This document shows, piece after piece, positions 10,700-19,416 of a DNA stretch of 64,000 nt (position 1 is the stretch's first letter; each line of letters begins with the position of its first letter). The stretch covers positions 22,145 to 86,144 of the forward strand of contig CAYXEO010000002.1 of assembly GCA_964464055.1 (NCBI GenBank), read 5' to 3'. The stretch comes from an uncultured Methanosarcinales archaeon (lineage in GTDB: Archaea > Nanobdellota > Nanobdellia > Woesearchaeales > GW2011-AR9). The position numbers and the translations under genes are program-made. Below the pieces are notes generated by a model that was not told where the DNA came from, did no database searches, and saw only the letters and a list, made by a program, of their open reading frames with translations.

Positions 10700-11779
10700 T
10701 CATCTTATTCGTGGAACTTTCCTTAACCAACCCTCTGGAGCTTCTAATCTCCCATATTGGATTCCTGTCAATAAATCGTACATCTCTTGGGTAACTTTTC
10801 CAACTTTCCCATCTCCAACTTGTATCAAATCTCCTTTTTCCGAAACATATTCACCTACTGGGGAAACTACTGCTGCTGTACCTAATCCCCCTGCTTCAAC
10901 AATTCTTTCCGAATGTAACCCAAACAAAAAATCTATCAATTTAACTTTTTCTTGTTTAACAGGGTGCTTTAAACGACTTTCCAAATCAATAATAGATTTT
11001 GAAGTTATAGATTGTAAAATTGTATCGGTAAATTCTGGAATAATTATTTCTTCATTTTTAGTGACGTGAAAATGGTTCATTGCTCCTGCTTCTTCAATAT
11101 ATCTTCCACTAACATCAACATAAAGTACTTGTTTAGCATTTTTACTTGTTGCTAATTTACCTGCTCTTAGAGAACCTCCATAATTACCTCCTGCTTTTGC
11201 AGTTCCAGTACCGCCTGGTGCAGCACGATGCAAGGTGTCTGTAATCATTAGTCTAATTGGTTCAAACCCTTGCTGATAATATGGTCCTGATGGTGAGGTA
11301 AAAATACAAAAAGTATATTCTTGGCTTGGCCGTACTCCTAAAAAATCTTCTTTTGCAAAAATGAAAGGGCGGATATAAAGTGATGCATTTTTTTGTTCTG
11401 GATAACAAAAACGATCAATATCAAGTAATGCGTCAAGTGCTTGTAACTGATCATTAACAGGGATTTTTGGAATAATCATAGTTTCTGCAGATTTATTTAA
11501 TCTTTGACAATTTTCGGCAACTCTAAACGTATATATCTCTCCGTTGTCATGTTTGAAAGCTTTTGCACCTTCAAATATTGTTTGAGAATAATGTAACACT
11601 GCGGCACCAAGAGAAAGTTTTTGTTCGCCATATGGGACAATCCTTGGTGAATGCCATTCATTTTCACTATGATCCATTAAAAACATATGGTCAGATCGCA
11701 ATTTACCAAAAGGTAAAGGTTTATCAGGAACAAAAGGGTTTTGTCGTTTGTTATTAGAAAGTTTGTATTTTATGTCCAT
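10700..11779 (-). CDS. ilvE: branched-chain amino acid aminotransferase (fold-type IV PLP)
   Basis: FGKLRSDHMF...IVPYGEQKLSLGAAVLHYSQTIFEGAKAF closely matches the BCAT N-terminus. The length is 359 aa. Confidence 0.8.
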   Translation of the reverse strand: MDIKYKLSNNKRQNPFVPDKPLPFGKLRSDHMFLMDHSENEWHSPRIVPYGEQKLSLGAAVLHYSQTIFEGAKAFKHDNGEIYTFRVAENCQRLNKSAETMIIPKIPVNDQLQALDALLDIDRFCYPEQKNASLYIRPFIFAKEDFLGVRPSQEYTFCIFTSPSGPYYQQGFEPIRLMITDTLHRAAPGGTGTAKAGGNYGGSLRAGKLATSKNAKQVLYVDVSGRYIEEAGAMNHFHVTKNEEIIIPEFTDTILQSITSKSIIDLESRLKHPVKQEKVKLIDFLFGLHSERIVEAGGLGTAAVVSPVGEYVSEKGDLIQVGDGKVGKVTQEMYDLLTGIQYGRLEAPEGWLRKVPRIR

Positions 11780-11851
11780 TTTATGTAATCATTATGTGGT
11801 CAAATACTTAAATATTTTTCCTTGTGAAAATATATGTCTTAGTGGTACATA

Positions 11852-12163
11852 TTGAACGAAAAGTGTCTCTTAGTAAACTATTTAAATCACGAAAATATAC
11901 TATCTCTCATGACAGCAATAATTAGTTTAGCAATTATCTTTTTTACTTCAATAATTATCCATTTTAGTGGGAAATATTTCGCTGAAAGTTCTTCCAAGGT
12001 GGGAGATTATTTACATTTACCGCGGTCTGTTAAGGGTGTGACTTTCGATGCTGTTTCAAGCTCATTACCTGAATTGATGATCGCACTTTATTCAGTAATT
12101 TTTTTTCACAAATTTGAAGTTGGTATTGGTATGAAATCACTTCCATTTAATATTTTGAGGTGA
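11852..12163 (+). CDS. hypothetical small membrane protein
   Basis: 103-aa ORF with one hydrophobic helix, co-oriented upstream of the helicase, and no recognisable motifs. Confidence 0.3.
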   Translation: MNEKCLLVNYLNHENILSLMTAIISLAIIFFTSIIIHFSGKYFAESSSKVGDYLHLPRSVKGVTFDAVSSSLPELMIALYSVIFFHKFEVGIGMKSLPFNILR

Positions 12164-12182
12164 ACGAAGAGATACGAAAAAT

Positions 12183-14294
12183 ATGAAATTCCACAATTTT
12201 ATACTAGATAAATTTCAGGAAGATTCTGCCGTCGCGATAGGGAATAATTATTCGGTAGTTGTTTCTGCTCCAACAGGTAGTGGGAAAACTCTTATCGCAG
12301 ACTACATAATCCATAAACATAAAGATGACGATAAACGAATTATATACACTGCGCCAATAAAAGCACTTTCAAATCAGAAGTATAAAGATTTTTCTCTTGA
12401 GTATGGAGAAAGTAAAGTTGGATTGATGACCGGTGATATCGTAATTAATCCAACAGCAAAAATTCTGATTATGACTACAGAAATATATCGTAATATGGTG
12501 GTTGGTGGCGACACAGAAGAAACTAAGAATATTGCCTATGTTATTTTTGATGAAGTCCATTACATTAACGATTTTGAGCGTGGTTACATTTGGGAAGAAT
12601 CTATAATTTACAGTCCTAAATCTATCCGGTTTTTATGCCTTTCAGCAACAATTCCTAACGCAGTAGAGTTTAGTAACTGGATCCAAGCAATTAAAGGACA
12701 TGAAGTGAAAACTGTCGTTGCTACTAAAAGAAATGTACCTTTGAAAGTTTCTTTTTACGATGTGGAATTAGGACTTACGACACTTGAGAAAATTCGGGCA
12801 GAGAAAGAAACTCCTAATTATTACAAAGTTATGAACTTGCAAGGAAATCGACAAACAGAGTATGGTAGTGGTAGTGGGCGAAGAAATAGATCTGGTGATG
12901 GGGATCATAGTCATAGACATCGGCTAGGATGCAGACAAGTCCAAAGTAAAAATAAGCAAGGGGGAATGAAAATGCCGGCACCTAATCATGTTGATTTAAT
13001 CAAAGAATTGGGCGGTGACAAATTACCTTGTCTTTATTTTCATTTTTCAAGAAAAGCATGTCAACAACAGGCCCAAGAACTGACTAGGAAAAATATTTTT
13101 TCTCGGAACCGAGAAATAGTAGACATTATGAACGAAAAGTTACGGGATGCACCGTCTGACATTAACAAACTTAAAACAACTCAGGCACTGAAACAGACGC
13201 TTCCTTATGGGGTTGGTTTTCATCATGCTGGGATACTTCCAATTTTGAAAGAGCTAATTGAAGAACTTTTTGCTAAAGGACTAATTAAAGTACTTTATGT
13301 GACTGAAACTTTTGCAGTAGGGATTAACATGCCCGCGAAGACAGTATGTTTTGATAGTTTGCGTAAATATGATGGGCGAAATTTTAGAAACTTGAATACT
13401 AAAGAGTTTTTTCAAATCGCTGGGAGGGCAGGAAGGAGAGGGATTGACACGATTGGTTATGTGGTGGTCATGATTTATCGGCCGACTTTCAGATATAATG
13501 AAGTGCATAAGATCACCAAAGAAGATGTCGAACCGATTAAATCTCAATTCAAATTGTCAATAAATACTGTCTTGAATTTGGTTCATTTACATACCGAAAA
13601 AGAAATCGAACATTTGTTACGGGTGAGTTTTTATTCTTATCAAAAGTTTGGTAACAATTATGATAAAATCCCCACAAAAGTGTTGTTGTCAAGGTACCGA
13701 AGTATCATTAAGAAATTAATTAAGTATGAGTATCTTAGTCAAGTTACTACTTATGATGGTGATGGGGAAAAAATAAAAAAACGAATTACTTTTGGTAAAA
13801 AGAATGCGGTGACCAATAAATTAACTGATAAAGGTATTTTTTCCAGTAAGATCTTTTCAGAAGAGATTTTAACAGGAGAATTTTTTGCCACTGACTTGTA
13901 CAAAAACTTAGATGAGTACCAGATTTTGTTGGTGATTTGTTCAATCATTTACGAACTACGGTTAAATAACAAATTTAAAACACAATTTAAAGATGACAAA
14001 TTGCGGTTATTAAGAAAAACAATTAATTCTAGCGACTTCCTTTCTCAAAATAAAAAGTTTGATGAATTGGGTGACTTGACTACACTAATTAAACCAATCT
14101 ATGATGGGAAAACTTTTTTTGATGTGTTGGAGTTGACCAACTTTTTGGAAGGTGATTTGATACGGATCTATGCCCAAATTCTAGACCGGATTGGACAAAT
14201 TAAAAAAGCTAGTAGTGATACGGACTTGCTAAGAAAACTTGCTAATTGTCAAGGGATAATTAAGAACTCTTTGGAAGGGATTTATCTTGTTTAA
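12183..14294 (+). CDS. Ski2-like/Hel308-family SF2 helicase (DEVH box)
   Basis: Walker A APTGSGKT, DEVH, LSATIPN, and a helicase C-domain (HHAG, QIAGRAGRRG). It carries an odd low-complexity insert GSGSGRRNRSGDGDHSHRHRLGCRQ. Confidence 0.8.
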   Translation: MKFHNFILDKFQEDSAVAIGNNYSVVVSAPTGSGKTLIADYIIHKHKDDDKRIIYTAPIKALSNQKYKDFSLEYGESKVGLMTGDIVINPTAKILIMTTEIYRNMVVGGDTEETKNIAYVIFDEVHYINDFERGYIWEESIIYSPKSIRFLCLSATIPNAVEFSNWIQAIKGHEVKTVVATKRNVPLKVSFYDVELGLTTLEKIRAEKETPNYYKVMNLQGNRQTEYGSGSGRRNRSGDGDHSHRHRLGCRQVQSKNKQGGMKMPAPNHVDLIKELGGDKLPCLYFHFSRKACQQQAQELTRKNIFSRNREIVDIMNEKLRDAPSDINKLKTTQALKQTLPYGVGFHHAGILPILKELIEELFAKGLIKVLYVTETFAVGINMPAKTVCFDSLRKYDGRNFRNLNTKEFFQIAGRAGRRGIDTIGYVVVMIYRPTFRYNEVHKITKEDVEPIKSQFKLSINTVLNLVHLHTEKEIEHLLRVSFYSYQKFGNNYDKIPTKVLLSRYRSIIKKLIKYEYLSQVTTYDGDGEKIKKRITFGKKNAVTNKLTDKGIFSSKIFSEEILTGEFFATDLYKNLDEYQILLVICSIIYELRLNNKFKTQFKDDKLRLLRKTINSSDFLSQNKKFDELGDLTTLIKPIYDGKTFFDVLELTNFLEGDLIRIYAQILDRIGQIKKASSDTDLLRKLANCQGIIKNSLEGIYLV

Positions 14295-14298
14295 TAGA

Positions 14299-14922
14299 TT
14301 ATTTGTCTTCATCTCGTCGATAATCCCAGGAGCATATTTTTAATGAATTTTTTAAAGTTCCAATAAAATCTTGAGTAGGGTCTAAAATCATTACTATTCC
14401 CTTAGAAGATGTGTATCTGCACCATGCATGTGCTGAATGAAAAAATGAATTCCTATCCACACTAACTTTCCCTCTGATATATCCTTCATCAATAAATTGT
14501 TCTAAAATCCCACCTGCTAATAAAGCTTGATGCCTACAAACCCCGTGCCCTTCTTCTAAAAAAAGACCTAACGATATTTTTTGATCATTATTTGAATTAT
14601 ATTTTTTGATTATTTGTTCTGTTTTATAGTCTGAATATTCTAACTTTTCTTTAACTATTTGATATGTTGTAGGGAGTACTAAATGTCGATAAATTTCTCC
14701 TGCTTTTCTCATTATTCTTTGTTTTGTTTCAAAGTATGCAAGTTGTAATTGGGGCGATTTTTCAAAATTAACCACGATGGCTTCCCGAGGATGACCTCCC
14801 ATATAAACCCCCTGATTGATAGGACTATCTCGACTAATTATGTGTCTTCCAAAATAAGTTTTTTTTTCATCTAAAACTTTTTCTAAACGATTTTCAACTG
14901 CAATAGTTCTGTCCCATCCCAT
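14299..14922 (-). CDS. transglutaminase-like cysteine protease superfamily protein
   Basis: GHGVCRHQALLAGGIL (Cys), HAWCRY (His) and ILDPTQ (Asp) match the TGase-like catalytic triad arrangement. Confidence 0.65.
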   Translation of the reverse strand: MGWDRTIAVENRLEKVLDEKKTYFGRHIISRDSPINQGVYMGGHPREAIVVNFEKSPQLQLAYFETKQRIMRKAGEIYRHLVLPTTYQIVKEKLEYSDYKTEQIIKKYNSNNDQKISLGLFLEEGHGVCRHQALLAGGILEQFIDEGYIRGKVSVDRNSFFHSAHAWCRYTSSKGIVMILDPTQDFIGTLKNSLKICSWDYRRDEDK

Positions 14923-15053
14923 ATATAAAAATTTATTAATTAACTTTATAAATATTTTGGTGCTTTTGTCACCTTAAGGTAATCAAATAAATCCGGGCAA
15001 GATTTATATAATCCAAAAAAACAATTTAATAGATAATATTTAACTAACTAAAA

Positions 15054-15587
15054 ATGGGAAAAACAAATGTGCCACCAATGACCATTCGTTATGATGGTTT
15101 GTTCGATTTTGATGGGCTTTACGCCGCGATAATAGATTGGGCTAAAAATTATAATTTCCGGTGGCATGAACCGACTTATAAACATAAAGTGCCTTCTAAA
15201 AGTGGTGCTGAACAAGAATATAAGTGGGTAATGGATTTGAAAGTAACAGATTATATATTTTATGAGATTGAGTTAGAAGTTCACGTTTGGGATTTGAAAG
15301 AAATTGAAGTAAAAGATAAAGGAAAAACAAAAACACTTTCTAATGCTCACCTTTACATTAACATGTCTGGGAAAGTTGTATCCAATTGGCAAAATAAATT
15401 TAAAGGAAAAAAGATTTTTGGCCAAGACATGGGTGGTATGTATGAGAAATTTGTTGGAGTAGGAAAAGTTGAAGAACATTTTGATTTGTTATATTATCGG
15501 ATGATAAATTTACAAGCACTAATTAAGACCTTTTTTAATTTGGAAGCGAAAGGTCATGCTTACAAGGATTATTTGAAAGAGAATTAG
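15054..15587 (+). CDS. hypothetical protein, paralogous to the ORF at 34454..35053
   Basis: 177 aa. The N-terminus TIRYDGLFDFDGLYAAIIDWAKNYNFRWHE is collinear with TIKYKDIFDMKAFYESLHEWFLEHDWGDLE of the second copy. No known domain was recognised. Confidence 0.5.
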   Translation: MGKTNVPPMTIRYDGLFDFDGLYAAIIDWAKNYNFRWHEPTYKHKVPSKSGAEQEYKWVMDLKVTDYIFYEIELEVHVWDLKEIEVKDKGKTKTLSNAHLYINMSGKVVSNWQNKFKGKKIFGQDMGGMYEKFVGVGKVEEHFDLLYYRMINLQALIKTFFNLEAKGHAYKDYLKEN

Positions 15588-15851
15588 GTAATTTCTATTA
15601 ATGAAAAATATAGTCAATTAAATATAAAAAATAATATTAAACAGATTCTTGTGGAACACGTAAAGTTTTAATGCCCCCTTAGGACAAACCAATTGGATTT
15701 TCTAAGCTAAACTTCGGTGTATTTTCACAATCTGCTTAATATTTTCAAAATTAAATCAAATAGATATATAAATATTTCTTATCACTGATTAACAACAAAA
15801 AACGGAAACTTCACTAAAATTATATAAAAGAAACATACTTTTCAAGTAACT

Positions 15852-16610
15852 ATGGTACTATACTTGATAGGTTTGGGGTTAGCGGACGAGAAAGATATTA
15901 CAATTAAAGGGTTTGAAGCTGTTAAAAATTGCGATATCATCTATTTAGAAGGTTATACCTCTTTATTACAAATATCTAAAGAAAAGTTGGAAGAATTTTA
16001 TGGTAAAAAGATAATCCTCGCTAATCGGGAAATGACTGAACAAGGTGACGAAAAAATAATCGCTCAAGCGAAAGAACAAGATGTCGCTTTTTTAATTATC
16101 GGGGATGTTTTTTCAGCTACAACACACATTCAATTATTCAAGTTAGCGAAAGAAAAACAAGTCGACATCCAAGTTATCAATAACGCTTCTGTTCTTAACA
16201 GCGTAGGTATTGTCGGGCTTGAGTTATACAAATACGGAAAAACAACTTCTATTCCTTTCCTGGAAGATCATCCTTTATTAGAAGCTCCTTATAATGTTTT
16301 GAGAGAGAACCAAAAGATGGGTTTGCATACTTTGATGCTTCTAGATCTTAAACCGGAACTTAACAAATTCATGACTGTTAATGAAGCGCTTGATATACTA
16401 ATTTTAATTGAATCTAGAAAACAAGAACAACAAGTAACTAATGACACTTTGGTGGTTGGTTGTGCAAGATTAGGGCATGAAAATTTTGTGGTTAAAGCAG
16501 GTAAATTAAAAGAAATTAAAGAATTCGATTTCGGTGTTCCGTTACATTGCCTTATTTTCCCTGGCAAAATGCATTTTGTTGAAGAAGAAATGTTAGAATT
16601 GTGGGGCTAA
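15852..16610 (+). CDS. dph5: diphthine synthase (tetrapyrrole-methylase fold)
   Basis: MVLYLIGLGLADEKDITIKGFEAVKNCDIIYLEGYTS matches the diphthine synthase N-terminus at 252 aa. This is an archaeal/eukaryal EF-2 modification enzyme. Confidence 0.85.
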   Translation: MVLYLIGLGLADEKDITIKGFEAVKNCDIIYLEGYTSLLQISKEKLEEFYGKKIILANREMTEQGDEKIIAQAKEQDVAFLIIGDVFSATTHIQLFKLAKEKQVDIQVINNASVLNSVGIVGLELYKYGKTTSIPFLEDHPLLEAPYNVLRENQKMGLHTLMLLDLKPELNKFMTVNEALDILILIESRKQEQQVTNDTLVVGCARLGHENFVVKAGKLKEIKEFDFGVPLHCLIFPGKMHFVEEEMLELWG

Positions 16611-16870
16611 GGCCAATATTTTCTATCTTCTTCATTTGAAAATCTTGCAATCCGAAGGTATTTTAATATTTCAGGCGTATAACCAATTGCTGAATAATTT
16701 GGTTCTTCTTGTTTACCGATAGTTTTTTGGTAATGTTCTTTACTATCAAAGACACCATGGCCAACGATATAATGGGCTTGTTTTTTTGTTAGTATTATTA
16801 ATTTTAATTCAATGTTTTCTTTTTCTTGAGCTAATTCTGTTGTCATTTTTTTCTCCTTTAACAACACCAA
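16607..16870 (-). CDS. hypothetical protein
   Basis: 87-aa ORF convergent with dph5 (4-nt overlap), with no recognisable motif. Confidence 0.3.
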   Translation of the reverse strand: MVLLKEKKMTTELAQEKENIELKLIILTKKQAHYIVGHGVFDSKEHYQKTIGKQEEPNYSAIGYTPEILKYLRIARFSNEEDRKYWP

Positions 16871-16923
16871 TCTCTTTTTGGTATTAAAAAAATAAAGTTT
16901 ATTTAAAAGAATTATGTTAAAAA

Positions 16924-17421
16924 CTAGTTATTATAAGAATAATCAACATTGCTCGTTAAAGAGTTTAGTTGGTGTGACAAATTCGCTAATGTTGAATTGT
17001 AAAGGAAATGGTTTGACAATTTTCTTCGTTTGATACAACTAATTTCATGTGTTGATCCAGTAAGGGTGGCATATTGTAATTCTTCAATCGCTTCTTGTGC
17101 TTCTTCAGTGGTCATTTGTTCAGATTCAACATCGGAATCATGCGTATACCTTTCCTCATCATCTGCAAAAGGCGACTTATCTCCTGCATCTTCATTTTGT
17201 TTTTGGAAATAAAATGCGTCAGCTTGCAATTGCTCGTCTTGAGATGCATAATGGATGTGTTCAACCAAATCCAATTCTTCATTTGGTTTAAAATCAACTA
17301 AATCATCTAACTTAACCTTATTTGTATCTACTATTTTCTCTTCTGTTTGAGAACTTGGTTCATATTTCTTTTCTTTTACAGAATCGATAGATTTTTTGAT
17401 AGTAAGATAATTTTCATCCAT
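16924..17421 (-). CDS. hypothetical acidic protein
   Basis: 165 aa, rich in D/E/Q, with no motif. It has a divergent promoter region shared with the GTPase gene. Confidence 0.4.
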   Translation of the reverse strand: MDENYLTIKKSIDSVKEKKYEPSSQTEEKIVDTNKVKLDDLVDFKPNEELDLVEHIHYASQDEQLQADAFYFQKQNEDAGDKSPFADDEERYTHDSDVESEQMTTEEAQEAIEELQYATLTGSTHEISCIKRRKLSNHFLYNSTLANLSHQLNSLTSNVDYSYNN

Positions 17422-17488
17422 GACTCTAGAATTTTGTAGATGTATTTAAAGTTTGTTGGTGATGAGGTGGTGATAACAGTTGTTCCTA

Positions 17489-17630
17489 CTTGTTCGGTTT
17501 TATATCTACCGGACTACCCAATGCAAAAAGTTCGTTGATACTCACTTTCTACGTTCTTTTATGAGATGTTATAATGGTTATCTACCTGCTGAGTTTACAA
17601 CTTGTTCGGTTTTATATCTACCGGACTACC
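17489..17630. repeat. two exact 30-nt direct repeats (cttgttcggttttatatctaccggactacc) 82 nt apart in a divergent intergenic region
   Basis: Copies lie at 17489-17518 and 17601-17630. Each contains a TTTATATA TATA-box-like core. Confidence 0.8.
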
Positions 17631-17707
17631 AAAACTTTAATAAGCAATAACTATTTTATAAAAAACAATTAGTATCAAAAAAGGTAGTAAATTAAGAGGG
17701 TGAATAC

Positions 17708-18352
17708 ATGATGAAAGCTTTTTTTAAAAATATATTTGACAAGATTACAATTTCATTTAATCCGTTTCGGAGAAGGAGCCATATTAAACTTGGACTTTAT
17801 GGGCCACCGAACGGAGGGAAATCAACATTAGCAAATCGTATTTGCGAGGATTGGTTAGGTGAAGAAATGTCTACTGTATCTCACGTTGCGCATGAAACAA
17901 GAGAAATCAAAATTAAAGAACAAATTAACATTAAAAATCAAAAAGGTAAGGAATTAACTTTTTCTTTAGTGGATACGCCCGGTATTGCCACTAGAATAGA
18001 TTATGAAGATTTTCTTAAAAAAGGTATGAAGAAAAAGGAAGCAAAATCTCGGGCTAAAGATGCGACCAAAGGAGTCATTGACGCAATTAAATGGTTAGAT
18101 AATATGGAAGCTGTTGTTGTTGTTCTTGATTCAACTAAAGACCCTTATTCACAAGTTAACATTACTATTATCGGAAATTTACAAGCACGAAACATTCCTG
18201 TTTTAATCGCTGCGAACAAAGTAGATTTGAAAAGGTCTAATTTGGATGTTATTAAAGCAGCATTCCCCCAGTATGAAATTATTGGGATCTCTGCTAAGTA
18301 CGGTAAAAATGTGGATGAATTTTATGAACAGTTGTTCAAATTAGCGAAGTAA
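17708..18352 (+). CDS. small GTP-binding protein (P-loop GTPase)
   Basis: G1 GPPNGGKST, G3 DTPG, G4 NKVD, G5 SAK. It is the first gene of a co-oriented three-gene module. Confidence 0.75.
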   Translation: MMKAFFKNIFDKITISFNPFRRRSHIKLGLYGPPNGGKSTLANRICEDWLGEEMSTVSHVAHETREIKIKEQINIKNQKGKELTFSLVDTPGIATRIDYEDFLKKGMKKKEAKSRAKDATKGVIDAIKWLDNMEAVVVVLDSTKDPYSQVNITIIGNLQARNIPVLIAANKVDLKRSNLDVIKAAFPQYEIIGISAKYGKNVDEFYEQLFKLAK

Positions 18353-18428
18353 ACTCTATACTAAATAATAACATTTATAAAATAAAAAATAATACTAATT
18401 ATAAAAAAACGAGGTAATGTAGATAAAA

Positions 18429-18842
18429 ATGGTTACGTTTCAATATATCCCATTTCAAGAAATTGAAAATTTATCTTCTGCAAAGAGGGTGCACAAATTA
18501 TTAAATATTGTTAAAGAAAATAAGATTGTTTTAATGGAAGGTCGGTTAAAAAAGCAAGAGGAAGCTGATTTGATTGAAATTACCATGGAAGAAATTTCTA
18601 ACAAATTTAAAGGGATTGAGTTAAGTGTTATTTACCCTAACAAAGATAAACAAGACGCTATGCAAAAAATGAAAGGTGTATTTGCTAACGTCATTTTGGG
18701 AGATCGACAAGGGATGACTATTGTTGGACCTGCTTCTGTAGTAAAACGAATTGAACAAAACCCTGATAAAATCGAATTATTTACTAACGAAAATGGTAAA
18801 AAGAAACCAACTAGGAAACGTTCCAAGAGAAGGAAGAAATAG
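18429..18842 (+). CDS. hypothetical protein (GTPase-associated; DUF2073-like by gene context) with a basic KR tail
   Basis: 137-aa ORF 76 nt downstream of the GTPase, ending in a PTRKRSKRRKK tail. Family assignment is from remembered archaeal gene neighbourhoods, not from motifs. Confidence 0.45.
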   Translation: MVTFQYIPFQEIENLSSAKRVHKLLNIVKENKIVLMEGRLKKQEEADLIEITMEEISNKFKGIELSVIYPNKDKQDAMQKMKGVFANVILGDRQGMTIVGPASVVKRIEQNPDKIELFTNENGKKKPTRKRSKRRKK

Positions 18843-18901
18843 GTCTTTTTATTTTTTTAAGAATAGAAACTATTAAATAATACCTTGACTTTACATTTAC
18901 C

Positions 18902-19294
18902 ATGCCACACCAATGCGTTCGATGTAACACGCTCTATCCTGATGGAGCGCAAGAAATTCTTAAAGGATGTAGTTGTGGTGCTCGTTTATTCTTTTATATT
19001 AAGAAAAAGAAGTTGGAAGAAAGTAAGAAAATAATTGAAGAACTTACTGACGACGAAAAGAAACATATTGAACAAGATGTAACCGAAATTTTGCACGTTA
19101 AACAAGAGCAAGATAGTCCCGTTGTTTTAGATATTGAATCTGTTAACATGCTTAGATCCGGACAATATGAATTAGATTTAGTAAAACTGTTCAAGAAAGA
19201 CCCCTTAGTGTTCAAGTTAGAAGAAGGCAAGTACGTCATCGATCTTCCACAGGTATTTAAAGAAGAACGTGAGAAGGAACAAAAAAATAATTAG
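18902..19294 (+). CDS. Zn-ribbon protein (C4) with an acidic coiled-coil tail
   Basis: The N-terminus CVRCNTLYPDG...CSCGARLF forms a C-x2-C...C-x-C zinc ribbon. This is the third gene of the GTPase module. Confidence 0.5.
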   Translation: MPHQCVRCNTLYPDGAQEILKGCSCGARLFFYIKKKKLEESKKIIEELTDDEKKHIEQDVTEILHVKQEQDSPVVLDIESVNMLRSGQYELDLVKLFKKDPLVFKLEEGKYVIDLPQVFKEEREKEQKNN

Positions 19295-19416
19295 TTTTTA
19301 GTAACGTCGGAAATCTAAATCTCATTCAAATTCTTTTATAAATTCTCCGACAACAAAATACCTATATTCTCCTCTACATAAACCTTTTTAAATCACTTAG
19401 TTTCAACATCTCACTT

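Noticed and set aside
17489-17630. Possible mini-CRISPR array
   Set aside because: There are only two repeats with an 82-nt spacer, no cas genes, and a repeat that contains a TATA-like core. Promoter duplication is the simpler explanation.
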